A stretch of DNA of 63,789 bases, counting the filler, from Bigelowiella natans CCMP2755 (lineage: Eukaryota > Protista > Cercozoa): the NCBI GenBank assembly GCA_000320545.1. It is 7 parts of 7 records of this genome, joined end to end, with 100 filler letters (N's around TTAATTAATTAA, not from the genome) between each part and the next. Parts side by side here need not be neighbours in the genome. Positions count along the whole stretch, not along the records: positions 41,430 to 62,448 come from ADNK01002313.1; positions 62,549 to 63,789 come from ADNK01002723.1; 5 more parts are not named here. One strand, given 5' to 3'. Within the stretch, counting starts at the first letter, position 1, and each line of letters starts with the position of its first letter. Shown piece by piece: positions 52,472 to 63,789 of the stretch. Made by a program: the position numbers and the translations under genes. The notes under the pieces were generated by a model, which was not told the origin of the DNA, ran no database searches, and saw only the letters and a list, made by a program, of their open reading frames with translations.

Positions 52472-53100
52472 CTTGCATCGAACAGTCGCCGTGAAGCGTC
52501 TTCATGATCACTTCATCTTCTGTGTTTCAGTTGGCTGCTTCAAAGAAGCGCGCGACGCACCATGACAAGTTCCACGCACAAATTGTGATGCACTTCACAC
52601 GACCTAGCGATGGGCGATGCACAGTTGTCCACAGAAGTCTCTTCGTTCATTCCATCATTCGATTGAACACTCACTCGTTCTGTGGTTCAAGTGTCTGCGG
52701 TCTTGCACAGTCTGTTCGCACCTTTGCGCTGGCAATGTGGTTGCACGGCACACAAAGGAAACAAACGCGTCCAGACACTGAAGTTGGATTCAAAGGGCCT
52801 GTGTGGCCAGTGAACGACGGCTGGCCGAAGTCGATGACAATGACAGACGGTGGCACCCACCTTTCGAAAGCAAAGGAAGGAAGACAGAAGTGCCAACACG
52901 CACGCAGCTGAAGTGAATCCCGTGCCACAGAGAAGGAAAGAAAAAAAGAAGTGAATGCGCATGGTCGAAGAGGCGCGCATCACAGAGTGCGCCAATTTCC
53001 GCGCTCTCATCGGCTTCCAACCAGAGCACGCTGATTTCCGCTCAGGCGCTTTTCTTTTCTCAGTCTCCAATTGCCGATGTCACCGAGGAGAAAAACTGCG
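52331..53100. other. TpA-depleted block 4, containing a (GCAC)n tract
   Basis: Only 2 TpA in 770 bp, both in CTAG. Confidence 0.8.
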
Positions 53101-54285
53101 GGGCTACAAGGAGGCTGTTCGTTCTAAGTTCTGGAAACCGTCTTTGCTGTCGCCGTTGGAAAATCCTCGGGAATTTGATCTTGAGTAGATTTCCCGATGT
53201 TTTAAATTCAGAATAATAAAAATAGCGGTTCTTGCCACGCATCCTGGACCGATATTTCTGCCAATGTCTCCCATTACATCTTACGACAAATGTTTACCGA
53301 TGTCTTCTCTGGCAATGTCCCATTCTTCTCTTGGTCGATAAATTCAAAGAGGAAGGCATCGTCGATCAGTCGATGTCACGTAGGAGGTTTAACATCCTTT
53401 CTCGGCTCGGCAGGAATGGATTTCGGGAAATTAAGATTTCAGACTAGGAAACTATGATTGAGATATAGAGGATACACTCTCGTGTTATACTATGCGACAA
53501 CTGATATACAAAAAAAAACTATCAATTTTCAGCAACACTAATAGATTAGCGTGTTGCCCAGAATTATACTTGCATACCCTTTTGATTATATATCTTGCGT
53601 CAACCAAGTCCAGAGGAATTCGTGCTGAAATGCAAAACAATATCCCTCATCAGCAGCATTATTTCTCCAAGTAAAAAGAATCTAAAACGTAGCTGCAAAT
53701 AAATAAAAAATCGCCTGCATTTTCAAGACGGAATTTTCACCTGAACGCCCAATCGCACGTAGGAGGTTCGCGCGCGATCCCCCCCCTTGCCCTTCTTTCT
53801 CATGCACGTGTATCTTGAATGAACAATGCTGGAATCTAATGGGATAAACCAACTAAGAGGGGAGATGCAAGGCTTCTGCCAAAATTTCCCCTCAATCGAA
53901 TCCTTTGCTGGGAAGCATGCTCGACTGGTGTCGCACGTATGGTTCACGTCGCCGATCATCTGTTAGAGAGAAATGCTAAAAATCGAACTTAAAGATCTTT
54001 GAATCATTTAAATTCGATGAAAAAATATAGTTATTGATATCCGCGCAAGCTGCTGGTGCGGATACGTCAAGAAGCATCTGTGTTTCCTGGCATACTGAAA
54101 TACATCGATTATTCGCAAATGCATTTTATCGAATATGAAAAAAAAATGAGAGGCAACTGTGGATGACAGTGTTATACATCGCTCTTCGTACATTAGAAAA
54201 ATGCAATATTTTTCCGATTCAACTATTCCATCGAAGACATGATCTTCTATTGCTGCCCTTACCCTCTTAAACGAATTATCTCAGA

Positions 54286-54968
54286 ATGCAGTCGCAGGCG
54301 GGAGGTCCTGGCGCGGCCCTTACCCAGGGCGATGCTCCGGCTGGTGTTGTCCTTGTTGTTGCAGACGGGGGAAACAGCGAGCCTGTTCCGCACAAGGTAT
54401 GTCGGCTGTTGAAAGCGTAGACTACCGCGCATAGTTCCTACCGATTAAGCAAACGTAGCGACGTTTTTGACGGGACGGGGGCGAGAGGGGGGACGATGGT
54501 TTTTACCTACAAATATATAATCAAAATCTTACGGCGGACATGACATAAAGAAATTGATTTTTATCTTTTATATCTTGCAGTCTGTGCAACAGGGGGAGGA
54601 GGAGCAGCAGCAGCAGCAACAATCTCCATCCGAGGGAGTCGCCGACATTGTAATGAAAATAAAAATTCCCCCTCAAATTTATCAATGTGAACGATCTTTT
54701 GTTCTTTCCCGATTGGCTAGCCTCATCGCATATCCCTCCTCTCTTCTCCGAACTTTCTTCTACCAATGATGCTGATATTACTTGTTAAGCTAATATCCCG
54801 CACCATCCTGCCAAACCCCATCCCTGCATTACCCGTCATTTTGGTACGATAGGCACAAGCTGCTGCCCAGGCCAACCATATAGAAGCTTCCAGTAAATAC
54901 CACAAATATCACTTCGATGCAACAAAACCATCTATATCAAGCATTAGCTCCCCCCCCTCCCCCCTCCA

Positions 54969-55002
<34 letters not shown>

Positions 55003-57916
55003 AACCATCCATTGTCACCTTAAGTTGGCCAAAATGCGCCTCTGACACCGTTGTTCATTCAATTGCTTACAGGCGTTGAACACTTCCCAAGCTTGCTCGA
55101 TGGCGGATCATCTGCGGTAGACTCGAAAGCCGAAGACGACGGCGCTGCCACCACGGGGGTGGGAGAGACCCCGTCTCTGAGCGGGGGGGTGAAAAAGGGG
55201 AAAAGCTACCCTGAAGTCGAACCCTCCAACAACGTGTACTTGTGGGGAATTCCATCGCAATTTACCGATGCAGACCTCAGTTTGCTCGTCTTCGCGTGCG
55301 GCAACGTAAGACGCAGCATCGTACTACTGCGCATGACACTAAAGAAAAGGGGGGAGGGGGGGGTTGCTCTGGTGTAAAGAATGAAAATATGGAGCATTTA
55401 AATTTGTGTGTGCGCATGTGTGAGTGTGTGGATGTGTCAACAATGTCGCACCTGCTTTCATTCGTTATAATTAATGGCTTGAGGTAGAGTGTTGGCCCCC
55501 CGACCGATATTTCTTCATTATTCCTCCTCCCCCCCCTCCTCATCCCCCGCCTCCTCGGCCTCCTCCTCATTATCCTCCTCTCATCAATGTCGTTCTTTTG
55601 CAATGTCCTCAGGTGGTATCCGTGCGTATGGGCCCCCCAACAAATAAGCCCCATACTTATGCTTTTGCACAGTTTCGGAAGCAGGTGATTGTGCGCTGGG
55701 GGACCGGAGAGAGTATTCTGAAAAAGAGAGCCTCGCCATGATAATCCTTCTTTTTTAAGTTATATGGGTTAAAGAAGCCCCCCCTTCCCCCCCCCCCGCT
55801 CCATTCGCGGTCCATATCGTCACCCTGGAAATATCTAAATTTAGGAGGAAGCCCAAAGGGCTATCGAGCTTCTGCACTCGAGGTGCCTTCACACGCCATT
55901 TTTAAAAGAAAAAAGTCTTAGAAATCCGAAACATCATGAGAGGAACTTACGAATTCGATAGTAGTAGTCACACCAGACAGAAAGGCAGCCGCTCAAGCGA
56001 CGGTTGCAGCCGTAGAGCTGCATAAACGATGTCTTGGCCGTCACCATATGAAGCATAGAATCCATTCGAATATCGTTCAGTTCAAGTCGTCGCCCTGTTG
56101 TATTGATCAATCTTATGCACCCCCCCCCCCCTCTCCTCCTCCGCCTCCTCCTCCTCCTCCTCACAGGAAGCTGCAATCGCGGGAGCTCGTCGTTCGATAC
56201 GCCAAGCCCCCACCACAGAACAAACAGCACAAGAAGAAGACAGGCGGCATGAGTCAGGTCGTGATGGTTATTACCCTTCGATCCCATCATTCTTCATCTT
56301 GAGTTTGGTGCTGATTATATATACAGCCCTCTCCCCCCTCTCCCTCTCTCTCCGCCCCTCTCTCTTTCTCTCTTCCTCTCCATCCGTTCCCAATCCCCTT
56401 CCCCCCCCCCCCCCCCCCCCCCCCCCTTTTCTCCCCGTAATAGCTCCTCTTTCCCTCCCTCCCTATTCCTCCTCTTCCTCCTCCAGATGATGTACGGTAG
56501 CTACCCCCCCATGCAAATGTCCCCGTACGACGACCGGAAGGGGGGGGCGACCGGAGGCGGCGCCGCTCACTACGCTGCTGCCCAGTACCCAATGGACATG
56601 TTCAGTCACATGGCGGCTGCCGCTGCTGCTGCAGGAGGATATCCACAAGCCGCAGGCTCTCCAGGCTCGGCACCCCAGGGAATCGGCGCTGCTCCAACCA
56701 CGGTAAACGAGGATTTCCGCCATGCGACGGATGGTGTGCATGCGTTGTTGCTTTTTGGGGTGGGGAGGGGGGTCATGCATTTGTCGTGCGTGCATGCGAT
56801 AAATAGAGAGTATGAGGCAGGGGAGGGAGAAACGGAGTTATCTATATTTGCCTACGTCAATACGCAAGACGCGGCCGGATTCTCGTGACAGTGTTCAGTG
56901 AACTATCCCCTCTCTTCTTCTTCATCATCATCATCATCTTCTTCTTCTTCTTCTTCTTCTTCTTCTTTTCCCTTACCATCAGCAGCAAGGTGGCAGTGGC
57001 ATAGGAATGAACGGCCTCTCGGCCGGCGTCCCTCCCAACGGCATATACCAGCAGCCCCCCACGCACCAGATGCGGAGCTTGCACATCGGCGGCGGAGGAG
57101 GAGGAGGAGCCGGCTCGAAGACCGGTGTTCCCGGCACAAAGCCCCTTCTCAGCCTGACCAACATCTACATTAGGTAAAGAGAGCGGCGAGACACGATAAT
57201 AAGGACTGGGGGAAGGGGGGGGAGAGAGAAGCGACAGTTGAGAGGCTCAATCCGAGGGCGGTCACTCCTTGGATTGTAGGAGCTGCACGCAGCCCTCTCT
57301 CCCTGGAAGTTACTTTCCAAGGATGATCGATGGTGCAGCAGCAGCTTCTCTCCTCGAGAGCGTACCGAATACACCCTATTAATCATCGTCGGACTTGCAG
57401 CCAGTATATGTGTCGCAGAGCACGCACAACGGGGTATTTTTTAGCGCAGCCCTCGGTCCCCTCCCCGGGGGTTTGCTCTGCAGGATACCTACAGAATGAA
57501 GCCATCCGTACATCGCTCACACGTGTGTAGTAGCATGTTAAAAGCTCTGTGTATGAGAGAGGGAGAGAGAGAGTGAGAGAGAGAGTGTGTGTGTGTGCCC
57601 AAGGTTGTACTAAATATCGTACCGTGTGCCTCCCCCCCCCCCCCCCTTTCTTTCCTCACCCCCCCATCCGTCCCTTCAGTGGCCTGCCGAAGGATATCAC
57701 GGAGAGCGCTCTCGAAATCATGTTTGGGCGGTTTGGAAAGGTCGTCTCCACCAAGGTGATAATGAACCGGCACACGCAGATGCCGCTTGGGACGGCCCTC
57801 GTGCGCATGGACACCAACCAGCAAGCCGAGGACTGCATCAGCCATCTCAACGGCCAGTACCTCGAGGGGGGCAAATCGTCTGCCGTTTCGCGAATGAAAA
57901 GAAGAGACTGCAATGA
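54286..57916 (+). CDS. RNA-binding protein with two RRM domains, multi-exon
   Basis: RRM1 NVYLWGIP...TYAFAQF...LVVRYA; RRM2 NIYISGLP...FGRFGKVVSTKVI...GTALVRM...IVCRFA (needs a 1-nt correction in a G run near 57866-57871). Confidence 0.85.
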
Positions 57917-58355
57917 GCGAGTGCACGAGGCAGCACTATCCCCGAGCAGCAGCCCCCGCTCGAGCTGACATTTAGGGATCACGAATGCCATTAACCCCTT
58001 TTACACCATCGCCTCGCAAAAACAAACCCCATCCCCCCCCCCCCTCCCCCCTCTCCCCCACCCAACGCCCTCCCAGCTCCTCAGAGAAGAGGGGGAGGGA
58101 GTACTATGCACACTGTCCCCCTCCCAACATTCCATACTCGACGACCCTTCGCAACCCCTCGCTGCAAGACGCTCCATGGCCAAGAACTTCATTTTCCTTC
58201 CCGTATCTTCTTGGTGTATGTGGTGTATATTGTGGTGTGTGCGGCGCCGCCGGCGCACACGCATACATTTCCCCTTCACCTCTTACACGGCGTTGGCTTT
58301 GTGATTTTATTTTGCAAAGCTCTCTCCTCCCTTTATATCCAAGGATATCAAATAT

Positions 58356-58393
<38 letters not shown>

Positions 58394-60029
58394 TATAAGT
58401 TTTTTTGTATACGTGTGAGATTGGAGAAGCTAGATTCCCCTCATACGGCCTTACCGTTATAATAGACGAAGAGTACTGTGGAGATTCACCCCTCTACTCC
58501 TTCATCCTCCTTTTGTTTATTCTTCAATACACCGTCCTGTACTCGAGGGGTTTGGTGTCGTGGAAAAACACCTTCCCAAAATACTGCCAAAGCTTTGCAT
58601 TCTCAGAGAAAGAATGAGCATAACTATGTGACGGAGCCAACCCCCCCCCCCCCTTCCACATTTACCCCGTATAAGCCCTGCCATGTAAACCAGATATATA
58701 TTATACTCCCCACCTCTTCCGCCAACTCATCCCCCATCCCCCCCATCTATTGTTGATTGATCGAGAAATCTACTTGTACAATTACCTCATCCCTCCCTCC
58801 CCCTTCCGCCCCCGGGAGTGCAATCTTCTCTGTGCTATTCGAATGAGATTTGAACTGAGGAGGAAACGCAGTCGCCTTTTTCTTTCCGAACACTGTATGT
58901 CCTCACGACATCGATCATCGCTCATCGCACACATGGAGAGAGGGCCAGGCCCCGGAAAAAAAAACCAGAAAATAACCTTATAATATCGTACAAACACAAC
59001 ATGGACGACCAGGGAACCATCAGGTCGAGGGATATCAAGTTTAATTGTGCTCGTAACATTTTTCTATTTGGGAAACATTTTTCTATTTGGGAAATATGAG
59101 CGGCGTGTTTAGGCAGCATTTAGTGAGCGTCGCTCGATCTCGCTGCCGCGAGCTAAGAGGGACGTTCCTGATGCTGCGTTTGCATCACTACACCAAGAGG
59201 CCATTTCTTCCATCTCACACACGCGTTCGTGAGCCTGCCGCTGCTGCCAGCTCTGATAAAGGGCAATGCATGATCTTGCTTGTGGATGCGATAGCTGCAA
59301 GATAGCATTACATCCACAACAAGAAGAAGTTGAAAAAGAATAAAAATTGAAAAAAGCAACTATGAACAAGAGGGTACGTGATGGAGCGGGCATGCGCTTG
59401 TTTCTAGCGATGAACGGATGAGGAGTTCCTATTTCATCGTTGTTGCGGCGCAGTCCTTGCAACTCCGGCTAGCAGCTTATCACTCAGTTTCATTAGCTTA
59501 GCTGTTATTGTATAGTTATACGATTTGCACCTTATTTAAGATGCATGAGAACAAGTGAGCTATGTTCTGCGCGAAAATTGTGTGAGACGGCGATGTAATG
59601 AATCTTTTTAGATGAAGTCTTTTCAATTGTAATCCTAATGCAGCTTTGCAATGCAGCGGACTACAGCACTTTGCGTTGTGTCTATTTATTTCTCTGCTGA
59701 CAATAGACATACGTATAATATATACTTTGTCTATAGTGCTGTTATGCCTAATTGTCTTTCATACAGGGAAAGGTGTTCATGTTGCATGCCGCCCCGCGGC
59801 GTGCAGTGCGCGTAATAGCGGCTACGCCATGTGATCTCGCTCTATTATCTGACTATGATATGTACAAATCTAGATATGCACAACTTCCTGTTATTGAATG
59901 AATACTGTTTGCTTGCAAGAATAAGCACTTCTACGGTCCTCTATCTGTTGCCCGGTAGCGTAACGTGAACGCCCGACACGATACCAGCCGCTCTTATTAT
60001 CATTATTCTCACATATTGGTGCACCGCCT

Positions 60030-62448
<2,419 letters not shown>

Positions 62449-62548
62449 NNNNNNNNNNNNNNNNNNNNNNNNNNNNNNNNNNNNNNNNNNNNTTAATTAA
62501 TTAANNNNNNNNNNNNNNNNNNNNNNNNNNNNNNNNNNNNNNNNNNNN
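62449..62548. other. Assembly linker
   Basis: N44-TTAATTAATTAA-N44. Confidence 0.97.
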
Positions 62549-62579
62549 TTGTAAATCGTTTTTGGCGGTCATTTAATTC

Positions 62580-62620
<41 letters not shown>

Positions 62621-62669
62621 ACAGACACACTTATACAATATTGTATATGTATATACATATGTTTCGCAC

Positions 62670-63789
62670 CTTCTCTTCCTCTTTGTTGTGACTCGACGCG
62701 ATTGTAATAGCATTCTTTGCCGCCCCCCCCTCCGCATTCGAGACGCGCACGTTTGTCGCGTATATAAACTGACGGCCGGGGTATATGGGGGGCGGGCAGG
62801 ACGGAACTTGGAAGCTTGCACTCTTGCTTTGCTTCTCCTTGTTCTCGACCTTATGAAGAGCTTTCACACTCCCCCCCCAGTCAACGACCGCGTTGCATAG
62901 CGGAGGCTGCAGGGCTGATGTGATTATTCGCATAACTTGCTCTGTAATCTTGTCGGAGTCCACAATCATCTCGAACATCCCTAGGAAGGAAGTAAGGAGG
63001 ATGGGAAGGAGGAGGGGGGAGGGGGGGGGGGGGGGGGGGGTTTTTTTTTTTTTTTAATTAACAGGGTTCTTTGGTCCCACACACACACACACACACCACC
63101 TACTACATCGCACACTACGGCCTGCCCCCCCCCCCCCCCCCATCCAATCTTGCTCTCTCATTCAGCGTTTTTCGCCTGTGCACCTCCTTCTCTAGCACGG
63201 CGACGAAGCTGGTCTCCGACGATGCCAGATTGAACCGAAGGCCCAGGGCTCTAATCTCGTCTCTTTGCTGCTTTGACAACGGCTTCGGCGCCCTTTCTTC
63301 CAGCTCGCGGATTCGCGATTTCGCGGCCAAGACCTATCGAGCGACCATGCTTTTCAACGGCGAGGGGCGATGGAATCACGTCATTCTTTTGGGGAAACAT
63401 CGGGGATTTCTGTTCGACGACACGTTCCCCCCCCGCCCCTCCCCCACCCCAAGAAAATCAAGCTCTGTGGGAACATGGTCTAAATGAAAGATTACGAAGA
63501 AACCGCGAATTGGAAAGGAGGAACATGCAAATACAATGGATTGGTTAAATAGAATCAGATATTTCTGACCTGCCTCGCGCTACGAGTGTAAACGGAGAAC
63601 ACAGTCTTCTGGCGTGATGGCCCTTCGCCGCACAAGCGGGCGCCACGGGGATTCGTCAGCGTGTACAATGTGTTAATATAGGTGTAGCTGAGGGCGATCT
63701 CTTCAGTTTCAACGTTTCCCCACTCTTTCTGTCCGTGACTGTGGGAGAGCGAAGCGGCGTGGGTTCTCTAGGAATCGCTCGAAAATTCT
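62670..63789 (-). CDS. VIT/vWA (vWA5A-like) protein fragments
   Basis: FEMIVDSDKITEQVMRIITSALQPPLCNAVVDW...PPPIYPG and LAAKSRIRELEE...EIRALGLRFNLASSETSFVAV are typical post-vWA segments of this family. Confidence 0.7.

Noticed and set aside
59055-59092. 19-bp tandem duplication (similar one near 60767-60805)
   Set aside because: Two-copy local slippage with no spacers; not CRISPR-like or otherwise informative.

Overview
Intron-rich eukaryotic (protist/algal-looking) nuclear DNA. It consists of seven contigs joined by an artificial 100-bp linker (N44-TTAATTAATTAA-N44), so adjacency across gaps is unproven. Recognisable spliced genes: a zf-CW+ARID chromatin protein, an RH22-like DEAD-box helicase, proteasome subunit PSMB1, a secreted PI-PLC X-domain protein, an HSL-like alpha/beta hydrolase, a class I SAM methyltransferase, a coiled-coil protein, a RhoGEF 5' end, ADPRM, a two-RRM protein, glutaminyl-tRNA synthetase and a vWA5A-like fragment. 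There are also two intronless genes (Cdc25/ACR2-like rhodanese; bacterial-type DUF1826) and one nearly intact Ty3/Gypsy LTR retrotransposon. Two signals stand out. (1) At least four sharply bounded blocks have lost almost every TpA dinucleotide, and the survivors are nearly all in TAG/CTA/CTAG context. A duplicated ~190-bp segment shows all six TpA sites of one copy changed to TpG or CpA in the other. This looks like a localised 'reverse-RIP' A:T->G:C hypermutation acting on repeats and relics. (2) The Gypsy polyprotein ends in a degenerate Dam-like N6-adenine methyltransferase domain of the kind known from DIRS elements, and has a miniaturised DD(27)E integrase and a duplicated central polypurine tract. 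Most short ORFs in the supplied track are microsatellite artefacts.
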